Part shown: piece after piece, positions 1 to 9,048 of the stretch | How positions within the stretch are numbered: the first letter of the stretch is position 1 | How the letters are laid out: the number at the start of each line of letters is the position of its first letter | Source: a virus | Lineage: Duplodnaviria; Caudoviricetes | Direction: 5' to 3' (one strand) | Length of the DNA: 57,235 nucleotides | Virus record (IMG/VR): IMGVR_UViG_3300027747_001100 | Location: 1 to 57,235 of that record | Program-made: the position numbers and the translations under genes | Notes under the pieces: model-generated | What the model was told of the DNA's origin: nothing | Database searches by the model: none | The model's input: the letters and a program-made list of their open reading frames with translations, nothing else

Positions 1-1
1 T

Positions 2-499
2 TATCAGTTAGATGTACCTCGTGCAGTTAGCGTAACCACTGGTGCAGGTGCCCCTACTTCTGTTAATATTACAGTTTCAGGCTATGACTATTATGGCCAA
101 GCCATGAGTGAAGTAATCGCTACAGGCACCGTGGCTTCTACTACAACCGCTGGTGCAAAAGCTTTTTACATCATTACTAGCGTAGCTGCTTCTGGCGGTA
201 GCGTAGTTACTGTATCGGTTGGTACAGCTGATGTATTTGGTTGCCCAGTACGATTCATTGATAAGTCTTATGTTCTTCGTTATGGTTGGAACAATGCTAC
301 TACTGATGACACATCTGGTACTTTAACTGTAGCAGCAACACAAACAGCTACTACAGGCACTGGTGACGTACGTGGCACATTTGCTCCAAGTACAGCTGCT
401 GATGGCATTAAACGTGCGGTTGTCACATTAGCACTTCCTGCAATCGCTGTTGGACCAAATGCTACTCGCGTTGGTGCACTCGGTGTAACCCAAGCCTAA
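2..499 (+). CDS. 3' part of the virion structural (capsid decoration or head fibre-like) protein that starts at 56609
   Basis: The frame [16 protein letters not shown]...[11 protein letters not shown] continues the ORF left open at the window end. It is T/G/A-rich, beta-like, and follows the major capsid gene. Confidence 0.8.
   Translation, partial: YQLDVPRAVSVTTGAGAPTSVNITVSGYDYYGQAMSEVIATGTVASTTTAGAKAFYIITSVAASGGSVVTVSVGTADVFGCPVRFIDKSYVLRYGWNNATTDDTSGTLTVAATQTATTGTGDVRGTFAPSTAADGIKRAVVTLALPAIAVGPNATRVGALGVTQA
20..145. repeat. Terminal direct repeat, copy 1 (126 bp, identical to 57110-57235); indicates a circular or terminally redundant genome
   Basis: cgtgcagttagcgtaacc...gcttctactaca is identical at both ends. 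126 bp equals k-1 for k=127, so this is probably an assembly overlap. Confidence 0.95.
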
Positions 500-511
500 T
501 AGGAGAGCAAA

Positions 512-1159
512 ATGGGACAATACAAACCAATGCCAAAAATGAAAACAACCGAGCCATCTGTTGAGCTAAAACTCAGAAAAGGTGGTATGGCTTGTAAGTC
601 TGAAGGTGGCAAGATGGACAAAGCTCAAGACAAAGCTATGATTAAAAAAGCTTTTAAGCAGCATGATAGTCAAGAGCACAAAGGCGGTAAAGGCACTACA
701 TTAAAGCTTCGTATGGGGGGCGGTATGGCACCTAAAGCAGGCCCTAATGTTATGGGTGGATTAGCTGGTGGTATATCAGCTACTCGTCCTGATAGAAAAG
801 GTATGACTGGCAACATTGAACTGTCTAAATACAAGAAGGGCGGTATTGCTGCACAAGGCATGGCTACTGCCAATAAGTACCAAACTAAGATTAACGATGC
901 ATCAAAAGTAAAGTCTGTTAAAGGTGGAACCGGCGGCATTGAAATGTCTAAGTTTAAAAGAGGCGGCACTGTTGAAGCCAAAGGAATGGCCTCAGCTCTC
1001 AAGTATCAAAACAAAATCAATGATGCATCATCGCCTAAGAAAGTTAAGGGCGGTACTGGCGGAATTGAAGGGTCAAAGTACAAAGACGGTGGACACGCAG
1101 CCATGACTTGTAAAGCTGAAGGTGGCTTTGCCATGATGAAGAAAATGCAGAAGTGCTAA
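512..1159 (+). CDS. Basic low-complexity protein with repeated xx-GG motifs (putative internal capsid or DNA-condensing protein)
   Basis: SD aggag upstream. K/G/M-rich with LRKGG, YKKGG, FKRGG, YKDGG, KAEGG and internal repeats KINDAS...VKGGTGGIE. Confidence 0.75.
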   Translation: MGQYKPMPKMKTTEPSVELKLRKGGMACKSEGGKMDKAQDKAMIKKAFKQHDSQEHKGGKGTTLKLRMGGGMAPKAGPNVMGGLAGGISATRPDRKGMTGNIELSKYKKGGIAAQGMATANKYQTKINDASKVKSVKGGTGGIEMSKFKRGGTVEAKGMASALKYQNKINDASSPKKVKGGTGGIEGSKYKDGGHAAMTCKAEGGFAMMKKMQKC

Positions 1160-1165
1160 TTAATT

Positions 1166-1195
1166 GGATGGGTAGGGAAACCTACCCTCCTTTTT
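1166..1195 (+). terminator. Rho-independent terminator
   Basis: Stem-loop gggtagg-gaaa-cctaccc, extended by gga/tcc, followed by ttttt. Confidence 0.8.
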
Positions 1196-1211
1196 AACTT
1201 GGAGAAATACA

Positions 1212-1643
1212 ATGGCTGATGCAGTCGGAAGTCAAACAATTTTTGATGGTGAGCGTACTGCCATCATGAAATTTACCAACACCAGCGATGGTACTGGTGA
1301 AACCAATGTCGTTAAAGTAAACCCTGCTTTGCTTACTCCATCAGCATCTGGTTGTGCATGTACTCGTGTGTCTATTACTAAAATTACAGCATTAACTCAT
1401 GGCATGGAAGTGCAATTAAAGTGGAAAGCATCTACTCCTGTAGTTATTGAAACTGTTCCACAAAACAATGTCTATACTCAAGATTTCACTAACTTTGGTG
1501 GGTTAATAAATAATGCAGGTACTGGTGTGGACGGTGCAATTACTTTCACCACTCTAGATGCTTCAACAGGCGATACTTATTCTGTTGTTTTAGAAATGAT
1601 TAAGTACTATGCAAACCCTTATCAGACTCAAGCTAATCCATAA
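1212..1643 (+). CDS. Virion structural protein, hypothetical
   Basis: 143-aa beta-rich ORF with SD ggag in the structural operon. Confidence 0.7.
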   Translation: MADAVGSQTIFDGERTAIMKFTNTSDGTGETNVVKVNPALLTPSASGCACTRVSITKITALTHGMEVQLKWKASTPVVIETVPQNNVYTQDFTNFGGLINNAGTGVDGAITFTTLDASTGDTYSVVLEMIKYYANPYQTQANP

Positions 1644-1645
1644 TC

Positions 1646-2245
1646 ATGCCATTGATCAAAAGCAAATCCGACAAAGCATTTAAACAGAATATTGCAACTG
1701 AAATAAAAGCTGGGAAGCCTCAGAAGCAAGCTGTTGCCATTGCATATGCAGAGAAAAATGCTGCATCTAAGAAGTCAGGTGGCAGAGTAGGCTTATGGGC
1801 CAATATACATGCTAAGCAAGAGCGAATTAAGCATGGCTCAGGTGAGCATATGCGTAAACCAGGTAGCAAAGGCGCGCCTACAAACTATGATCTAAAGCAT
1901 TCACAGTCTAAAAAAGACGGCGGTGATGTTCGTCTTTCTGTAAAAAGAGGTGAAAAACTGCCTACAAGTCAAGGTGCAGGACTAACTGCTAAAGGTCGTG
2001 AAAAAGTGAACAATGCAACTGGTTCTCACTTAAAAGCACCTGCGCCACACCCAAAGACAGAAGCTGACAAAGGTAGAAAAGCTTCATTTTGTGCTCGTAT
2101 GTCAGGCGTTGTAAAGAATGCAAAAGGTGATGCACCAAGAGCAAAAGCATCATTAGAGCGTTGGAATTGCAAAGACGGTGGTACAGTTAAGAAAAAGTCA
2201 AAGTCTAGTTATGGCGGAGTAATTAAAAAAATAAGCGGCTGGTAA
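1646..2245 (+). CDS. Basic phage protein (DUF6496/DUF6321-like modules separated by xx-GG motifs)
   Basis: KPQKQAVAIA module; GLWANIHAK module; GAGLTAKGR...RKASFCARM...ASLERWNC module; linkers KKSGG, KKDGG, CKDGG. Confidence 0.7.
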   Translation: MPLIKSKSDKAFKQNIATEIKAGKPQKQAVAIAYAEKNAASKKSGGRVGLWANIHAKQERIKHGSGEHMRKPGSKGAPTNYDLKHSQSKKDGGDVRLSVKRGEKLPTSQGAGLTAKGREKVNNATGSHLKAPAPHPKTEADKGRKASFCARMSGVVKNAKGDAPRAKASLERWNCKDGGTVKKKSKSSYGGVIKKISGW

Positions 2246-2248
2246 ACA

Positions 2249-3307
2249 ATGTCAACTTCAGGTACTGTTAGCCAAACTGTAGTTACTGTTCAAAATCTAA
2301 TTGATTCTGGTGCAAGGCGCGCCGGAAAATTAGCGGAGGAGTTAACAGATGAACAAGTTGCGGCTGCTAAGCAATCACTGTATTATTTGCTATCTAGTCT
2401 TGCTAACTGGGGTGTTAACTATTGGTGTATTAATAAAGTTATTGTTGGGTTAAAACCTGATCAAAACTTTTATTATCTGCCTGAAGGCACAGTTGATGTT
2501 CTTAATGCCAATTACCGTACATTAACCAACGTTACTTCAGGTCAATACAGTTCATCTGGTAATACGGCAGCGGCATTTAATGGTGTTGGCAATCAAATTT
2601 GCCAACTAACCACAAATACCGGCTATATAGGCATTAATAATGGGTCTGGAAACCCAGTAATGATCACAACAATAGGTATTTTACCTGCTGTAACCGGTTC
2701 AGTGACTATAACTTTACAATATTCAACAGACAATTCAACTTGGGTAACATTGCAAAGCCCAGGTGCAACAAATTGGGTAGCAGGGACATGGATTTACTAT
2801 GATTTGCCTACTACAGTAACTCAGCCTTATTGGAGAATTAAACAGAGTGCTGGCGTTAACATGGGAATGTACCAAGTTGTATTCGGAACCAATCCGATGT
2901 CAATTAATATGGCCAGAATGAATAGAGATGACTATTCTAGCTTGCCAAACAGGAGTTTTGAAGCTTTACGACCATTGCAGTACTGGTTTAACCGTACCAT
3001 TCCACAACCAAACATGGAATTATGGCCAGTACCTAATTCGATTGGTCCTCAGCTTGAACTCTGGTTAAATCGATACATACAAGATGTAGGAGACTTAAGC
3101 GGAGAGATAGAAATACCTCAGTATATGTATTTAGCCATTCAGTGGGGTCTATCTCACCAAATGGCATCAGAACTACCTCAAGTCGACCCAGCTAGAATTG
3201 CTTATTGTGAGCAGCAGTATGAGAAGCACTTACTTATGGCTCAGAATGAGAATAGAGACAAGTCTCCAGTATACTATGCACCAAATATTAGCTATTACAC
3301 AAAATAA
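2249..3307 (+). CDS. Head-tail adaptor / tail tubular-like protein with an inserted beta-sandwich domain
   Basis: Helical N-terminus (AKQSLYYLLSSLANWG) and C-terminus (IEIPQYMYLAIQWGLSHQMA) typical of podovirus adaptors. Central LQYSTDNSTW...PYWRI segment is discoidin-like. Confidence 0.6.
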   Translation: MSTSGTVSQTVVTVQNLIDSGARRAGKLAEELTDEQVAAAKQSLYYLLSSLANWGVNYWCINKVIVGLKPDQNFYYLPEGTVDVLNANYRTLTNVTSGQYSSSGNTAAAFNGVGNQICQLTTNTGYIGINNGSGNPVMITTIGILPAVTGSVTITLQYSTDNSTWVTLQSPGATNWVAGTWIYYDLPTTVTQPYWRIKQSAGVNMGMYQVVFGTNPMSINMARMNRDDYSSLPNRSFEALRPLQYWFNRTIPQPNMELWPVPNSIGPQLELWLNRYIQDVGDLSGEIEIPQYMYLAIQWGLSHQMASELPQVDPARIAYCEQQYEKHLLMAQNENRDKSPVYYAPNISYYTK

Positions 3308-3309
3308 TC

Positions 3310-3681
3310 ATGCCAGTTTGGTTAGATACTTCCGGAAACACTGTTTTATCTATCGCCATATGCGACAGATGCAAAATGAAGCGTGCTTATTCGGATATTA
3401 GACCAGATGGCAATATTCCAGGTATTCGAGTATGCGGTGAAGGTTGTTCAGACCAATTTGACCCATATAGACTACCTGCAAGACAATCTGAAAAAGTTTC
3501 AATTAGATTTCCTCGACCTGATGCTAACGTAGATCAGTATAATGATGCTATAACCACAGACCCTAATGTTGCGAATGAGCCTACACCTTTCGACCTTACA
3601 GGAACACCTGGCGAATTCGGGATTGCTCCTGAGACGGCAGAAGATGATATCGATGGCAACTTGGATAACTTGAGTCCCTAA
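3310..3681 (+). CDS. Small Cys-rich (CDRC...CxxxC) phage protein with acidic tail
   Basis: AICDRCKMK...RVCGEGCSDQFDP; tightly packed in the operon. Confidence 0.7.
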   Translation: MPVWLDTSGNTVLSIAICDRCKMKRAYSDIRPDGNIPGIRVCGEGCSDQFDPYRLPARQSEKVSIRFPRPDANVDQYNDAITTDPNVANEPTPFDLTGTPGEFGIAPETAEDDIDGNLDNLSP

Positions 3682-3682
3682 T

Positions 3683-6205
3683 ATGGCAAATATAAGAATA
3701 TCGCAACTACCTGCTGCCCCAAGTGCTATTACTGGTGCAGAGCTAATTCCAGTTGTTCAAAATGGTCAAACTGTACAGACTACTGTACAAGCGATCACTC
3801 AAAGCCCAACACAGACACAAACATTTTTAACTGTTGGTGCTCAAGCATCACTGCCAAATTCTCGTTACATTGGTGGTGGATTAGGCATTGGTTCATCAGA
3901 CGGTGGTGCACAAGGCCTATACAGTTTATACTTAAATGGTACATCTGGTAGTTTAGAGAATGCATCTAATGGAATTATTGTTAAGACAGGCACAAGTACA
4001 GTTGCATCTAGACTAATTGCAGCAGGTACTTCTGGGTTAAGCATTTCTAATGGTAATGGAATTAGTGGCAACCCTACAATTTCTTTAACAGGCTTAGCTT
4101 TATCTGCTGCTACATTATCAGGCAGTGGCATGGTAAGCATTGTTGGTGGTTCATACTATCAACAAGTTCAGTTGACAGGAACTACAAATCAAATCAATAT
4201 TGCCAACCCTAATGGCGGCAGCAATCCTACATTTAGTATTGCAAATAACCCTATACTTCCTGGTTCTTCAGGCACTCTTCTTCCTTACGGCACTACTGGT
4301 GATCGACCAGCAGCACCAACAAACGGAACACTAAGATATAACACTACAACAGCAACATTTGAAGGTTATGCAAATAGTGTATGGGGTGCAATTACAACTG
4401 GAACAGGTGTTACTTCAATACTAACTGGCACAGGCTTAACAGGCGGCCCAATTACATCTATAGGCACTATCAGTATTGCTAACACAGGCGTAACAGCAGG
4501 TAGTTATACAAATGCTAACATTACAGTTAATGCGCAAGGCCAAATTACTGTTGCATCAAGTGGTTCAGCTGGGGGTGTTACAACATTTAGTGCTGGAACA
4601 ACAGGGTTTACGCCTAGTTCAGCATCAACAGGCGCGATTACTCTAGCTGGCACATTGAATGCTGTAAATGGTGGAACTGGCATAAACAGTTATGCCGTTG
4701 GTGATTTGCTTTATGCGTCTACAACCACAGCTTTATCTAATCTTGCTGACATAGCTACTGGAAATGCTCTTATTTCTGGCGGTGTTGGGGTTGCCCCAAG
4801 CTATGGAAAGATTGGGTTAACTACACATGTAAGCGGCACTTTACCTATAGCTAATGGTGGTACAGGACAAACAACAACGTCAGCAGCATTTAATGCTTTG
4901 TCACCAATCACCTCAACCGGTGATTTAATTGTTGGTAACGGAACTAACAGCGCAACCCGTTTAGCTATTGGTACAAATGGTTACGTGCTTACCTCTAACG
5001 GCACAACAGCAACTTGGCAGGCATCAACCGATGGTGTAACATCATTTAGTGCTGGCACAACAGGATTAACACCAAACACTGCGACAACAGGCGCTGTGGT
5101 ATTAGCAGGCACATTGAACGTTGCTAACGGCGGTACTGGTGTTACAACAAGCACAGGTTCTGGTAGTAACGTACTAAGTACTAGCCCAACATTGGTAACG
5201 CCAATACTGGGAACACCAACATCGGTTACGTTAACAAACGCAACTGGCTTGCCTTTGTCAACCGGCGTAACTGGCACTTTACCTATTGCTAATGGTGGTA
5301 CAGGTCAGACTACCGCATCAGCAGCCTTTAATGCTTTATCACCCATTACTACGACAGGTGATGTAATTATTGGCAATGGGACAAATAGTGCTACTAGACT
5401 AGGAATCGGTTCAAACGGTCAAGTTTTAACCAGTAACGGAACTACTGCTACTTGGACAACCCCAGCTTCAGGTGGCGTAACTACAATTTCTTTTGGTTCT
5501 ACAGGGTTAACACCTGCAACAGCCACATCAGGAGCAGTAGCTGTTGCTGGTACATTAGCCGTAGCCAATGGCGGTACGGGTGTAACGGCTTCAACTGGTG
5601 CAAGTAGCGTTATGTTGCGTGATGCCAACCAAAACACCACAATTAATAATATCGCATTTGGTACGGCAACCACCGCTACTGCTGGCGGTACAACTGTTTT
5701 AACTGTTGCTTCACCAGCCGTACAAAATTTTACTGGTACAAGTGCACAAAATGTTCAATTACCTGATGCTACAACATTAGTGCTTGGTCATCTTTATTAC
5801 ATTAACAATCAAGCTAATAATAATGTAAGTATTAAAAATAATGCTGGCACTACTTTATATACTGTATCTGGTGGTGGTGCAACTCAACTTACTTTAATTA
5901 CCAATAATACGGCAAACGGAACATGGCAACAAAGTGCTTTTATTCCTAATAATGTAAATTGGGGAACAACAGGATTATTTGCAACATCTACTACTGCATC
6001 ATTTTCTAGTTTAACTTTAGGTACTGCTTTATCTGTTGCTAATGGTGGAACTGGTCAAAATTCAGCATTTGTTGCTGGCGGTGCAGTTTATGGCGCTTCT
6101 ACAACAGCACTAGGCGTAACCGCTGCAGGTACAGCAGGGCAAGTTCTTTTAAGTAACGGCGCATCTGCGCCTACTTGGGGTAGCGTAAACGGAGGCACTT
6201 TTTAA
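3683..6205 (+). CDS. Tail fibre protein with internal repeats
   Basis: N-terminal ISQLPAA...ELIPVVQNGQT anchor; G/T/S-rich; repeated LPIANGGTG and VLTSNGTTATW; ends in GGTF. Confidence 0.8.
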   Translation: MANIRISQLPAAPSAITGAELIPVVQNGQTVQTTVQAITQSPTQTQTFLTVGAQASLPNSRYIGGGLGIGSSDGGAQGLYSLYLNGTSGSLENASNGIIVKTGTSTVASRLIAAGTSGLSISNGNGISGNPTISLTGLALSAATLSGSGMVSIVGGSYYQQVQLTGTTNQINIANPNGGSNPTFSIANNPILPGSSGTLLPYGTTGDRPAAPTNGTLRYNTTTATFEGYANSVWGAITTGTGVTSILTGTGLTGGPITSIGTISIANTGVTAGSYTNANITVNAQGQITVASSGSAGGVTTFSAGTTGFTPSSASTGAITLAGTLNAVNGGTGINSYAVGDLLYASTTTALSNLADIATGNALISGGVGVAPSYGKIGLTTHVSGTLPIANGGTGQTTTSAAFNALSPITSTGDLIVGNGTNSATRLAIGTNGYVLTSNGTTATWQASTDGVTSFSAGTTGLTPNTATTGAVVLAGTLNVANGGTGVTTSTGSGSNVLSTSPTLVTPILGTPTSVTLTNATGLPLSTGVTGTLPIANGGTGQTTASAAFNALSPITTTGDVIIGNGTNSATRLGIGSNGQVLTSNGTTATWTTPASGGVTTISFGSTGLTPATATSGAVAVAGTLAVANGGTGVTASTGASSVMLRDANQNTTINNIAFGTATTATAGGTTVLTVASPAVQNFTGTSAQNVQLPDATTLVLGHLYYINNQANNNVSIKNNAGTTLYTVSGGGATQLTLITNNTANGTWQQSAFIPNNVNWGTTGLFATSTTASFSSLTLGTALSVANGGTGQNSAFVAGGAVYGASTTALGVTAAGTAGQVLLSNGASAPTWGSVNGGTF

Positions 6206-6670
6206 TGTCTAAATATATAATGGCACAAAGGATTTAATATGGCAGCTACTGGATACACACCGATAATTCTGTTTAATAGCACGACTGCTGCGGCTGTGCC
6301 GACTACCAGCAATCTTGCTGTTGGCGAGCTTGCTCTTAATATCCCTGACGGAAAGCTTTATTACAATAAGTCAGGCACTATTACACTTCTTGCGAATGCA
6401 AATACTGCAGCGCCAGTAACTACGTTCTCAGCAGGTACAACAGGGCTTACGCCTAATACAGCTACTAGCGGTGCTATTACTCTTGCAGGTACATTAGCAA
6501 TTGCTAATGGCGGTACAGGGCAAACAACTGCAAGTGCTGCGTTTAATGCTTTATCACCGATTACAACTACAGGTGATTTAATTCTAGGCAATGGGACAAA
6601 CAGTGCTACTAGACTAGCAATTGGTGCAAGTACGTACATATTAACTTCTAATGGTACAACGGCAACATGG
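4835..6670 (+). repeat. Three dispersed imperfect 183-bp repeats (4835-5017, 5273-5455, 6488-6670) shared by two fibre genes
   Basis: Each encodes GTL[PA]IANGGTGQTTxSAAFNALSPITxTGDxIxGNGTNSATRLxIG...LTSNGTTATW. Confidence 0.85.
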
Positions 6671-6739
6671 GCTGCTCCAGCAGCATCAGGTGTTTCAACA
6701 GGTAAGGCAATTGCCTTGTCAATGATCTTCGGTTTTTAA
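6239..6739 (+). CDS. Short tail fibre / adaptor protein
   Basis: N-terminal LAVGELALNIPDGKLYY motif typical of fibre anchors; one fibre repeat; C-terminal GKAIALSMIFG. Confidence 0.7.
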   Translation: MAATGYTPIILFNSTTAAAVPTTSNLAVGELALNIPDGKLYYNKSGTITLLANANTAAPVTTFSAGTTGLTPNTATSGAITLAGTLAIANGGTGQTTASAAFNALSPITTTGDLILGNGTNSATRLAIGASTYILTSNGTTATWAAPAASGVSTGKAIALSMIFGF

Positions 6740-6750
6740 GGAACAATAAA

Positions 6751-7152
6751 ATGGCAAATCCAAACATAGTAAACGTAACGTCTATCTACGGTAACGTAGC
6801 GTACGTTACCCCTTCCACAACAAGTGTAACAACTAGTTGGACATACAACGGGACAACATCATTGACGGGTTTAACACCCGCCGCTGGTACTGTTAACCGT
6901 GTAACCGGTATTGTTGTCTCAAATACTACAGGCTCTGCAGTTAACGCAACAGTATCAATTGCAAACAATGCTACCTTTGGTAGTGGTACAGCATACCCAA
7001 TTGCTAGTGCAATCTCTGTGCCAGCAAACGCTTCATTAATTGTAACTGACAAAACAACTGATTTTTATGTAACAGAAAACCAATCTGTTGGCGTAATATC
7101 ATCAACAGGCAGTGCGCTGACATTTACAGCAACATTTGAAGCTATAACTTAA
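6751..7152 (+). CDS. Virion structural (tail-associated) protein
   Basis: MANPNIVNVTSIYG...ISVPANASLIV; beta-rich; SD aagga. Confidence 0.7.
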   Translation: MANPNIVNVTSIYGNVAYVTPSTTSVTTSWTYNGTTSLTGLTPAAGTVNRVTGIVVSNTTGSAVNATVSIANNATFGSGTAYPIASAISVPANASLIVTDKTTDFYVTENQSVGVISSTGSALTFTATFEAIT

Positions 7153-7162
7153 AGGTAGCACC

Positions 7163-8779
7163 ATGAGTATGCGCTACAAAGGCAGTGTCTTATCGGCAAC
7201 TGCCCCCGCAACAACTACATCTTATGGCGTCTGGACGCTTCAGCAACAGATGCAAGCAACTGGAAACGGTGTCTGGCCCACAACTCCTGGCGCACCTACA
7301 AGCGTCAGTGCCACCGCTGGCAGTTCATCCGCTATCGTAACTTTTGTAGCACCATCTAGTGCTGGGTATCCAGCACCAATTACTGGATATCAGGCAACTT
7401 CAACTCCTGGCAGTTTTGTTGCCACCGGATCAGCATCGCCTTTGACTGTAACAGGATTAACCAACGGCACAAGCTACACCATTGCCGTACAAGCCCTTAA
7501 TGCCTCTGGGTACGGTGCCGCTGGCACAAGTAACAGTGTCACACCAATTAACCCATACTTTTTAGGTATTTTGCTGCCCGCATCTGGGGATTACTACTTA
7601 CAATCAAACGCAGCCGTTGCGGCAACATCCACTGGATTTTTTGTTAGTGGCGGTGATACAAGTGGTGGGCGTATTCAAAAAATAAATAATAGTAAAACAA
7701 TTGCATTTCAAAATTTTGTAACAGTTTCTGGTTCTTCAACATATTTTGTAACGGTAACTGTTCCTTCCTCTGGGAATATTTACGTTGGCGGGTATAACGA
7801 CGGAAGTTCTGGCGGTCCTTGGATTACAAAAATGGACAGCGGGGGGTCAGTAACATGGTCAACAGGAACTCCATATTTAGCATACATTTCGGTCGCCATA
7901 ACAACAGACACATCTGAAAATGTTTATTATGTAGGTAATAAAAACACGGGTGATTATGACAGCGCAAATAGAATTGCAATTGCCAGCTTAACTTCTTCGG
8001 GATCAAATAGATGGAACACTCATTTTGGTTCTGGGCAATCATTCCAAGCTGCTGGTGTTAGTACTTACAGCACGTCAGTTTATGTCACTGGAACCGTGTA
8101 TCAAACAGGAATTTACCAGTCTGCTGGTGTTTTAATAAAAGTGGCACAAAGCAATGGTGCGCTTGAGTTTGAAAAGAAATACTCCGATGATACTAATTTC
8201 TGGAGCTTGGCTCAAAGTGCGTCCACTGGTAATTGTTATATTGGAGCAACAAGCAACACTGGCAGAAGTTCAGTAATAAAAACTGATTCTAGTGGAACTA
8301 AGCAATGGAGTGACAATATAAACGTAGGCTATACCAATACTAAAGTGGCTATTGATAGCAGTGAGAATTTATATTCACTTAGACGGGGAAATATTAATAG
8401 CAAAACGCTAGTTATATGCAAACACAATTCATCTGGCACTATTCAATGGCAACGTAATTTAACATTGGCTTATGACATCACTGGAGGTCAAAGTATAGCC
8501 GTAACAGCGGACGGGAAAATTTTTGTTGCAACACAGATGCAACAAACTGGTCCAACTCAATATTATCCGTTTATTGCGTTACTTAACTCAGATGGTTCAG
8601 GCACTGGCACGTATACACTCAATGGTCAGACTTACACTTACACCGCCTCCTCTTACACCACAAGTTCAGATAGCGGCTCATTTGCTGCCAGCACTTATGG
8701 CATAACAAGTCAAGGTAGAAGCGTAAATTCTTTAACAACCTCATCAGCAACAGATAATCTTTCACTGATCACAACATGA
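7163..8779 (+). CDS. Putative receptor-binding protein: N-terminal anchor, fibronectin type III domain, beta-propeller
   Basis: FN3-like PGAPTSVSATAG...LTVTGLTNGTSYTIAVQALNASG; propeller-like repeats DSSENxY and KxDSSGTxQW. Confidence 0.7.
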   Translation: MSMRYKGSVLSATAPATTTSYGVWTLQQQMQATGNGVWPTTPGAPTSVSATAGSSSAIVTFVAPSSAGYPAPITGYQATSTPGSFVATGSASPLTVTGLTNGTSYTIAVQALNASGYGAAGTSNSVTPINPYFLGILLPASGDYYLQSNAAVAATSTGFFVSGGDTSGGRIQKINNSKTIAFQNFVTVSGSSTYFVTVTVPSSGNIYVGGYNDGSSGGPWITKMDSGGSVTWSTGTPYLAYISVAITTDTSENVYYVGNKNTGDYDSANRIAIASLTSSGSNRWNTHFGSGQSFQAAGVSTYSTSVYVTGTVYQTGIYQSAGVLIKVAQSNGALEFEKKYSDDTNFWSLAQSASTGNCYIGATSNTGRSSVIKTDSSGTKQWSDNINVGYTNTKVAIDSSENLYSLRRGNINSKTLVICKHNSSGTIQWQRNLTLAYDITGGQSIAVTADGKIFVATQMQQTGPTQYYPFIALLNSDGSGTGTYTLNGQTYTYTASSYTTSSDSGSFAASTYGITSQGRSVNSLTTSSATDNLSLITT

Positions 8780-9048
8780 CCATATATATTAAATTATCCA
8801 CGGGCGAGTACCCCCGCCATCAAGGCGATGTGCGACTAGAGTACCCAGACATGGGCGATGTATTTGTGTTGCCAGAAACTTATGCCCACGTACAAAGAAC
8901 ACCAGAACCCGAGGTTACGGATACGCAAAGAGCCGTAGAAACCCCGCCTATTGAAATTGACGGGCAGTGGGTTATGCAGTGGCTAGTACGTGACGCAACG
9001 CAAGAAGAGTTAAATTTTGCCACCGAACAAAACGAGAATAGACAATGA
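8776..9048 (+). CDS. Small tail fibre assembly/chaperone-like protein
   Basis: ATGA overlaps on both sides; PIEIDGQWVMQWLVRD motif resembles the protein at 11056. Confidence 0.55.
   Translation: MTIYIKLSTGEYPRHQGDVRLEYPDMGDVFVLPETYAHVQRTPEPEVTDTQRAVETPPIEIDGQWVMQWLVRDATQEELNFATEQNENRQ

Noticed and set aside
20-145. Biological direct terminal repeat of the virion DNA
   Set aside because: It lies mid-gene and its 126-bp length fits an assembler k-mer overlap; the true ends cannot be inferred.
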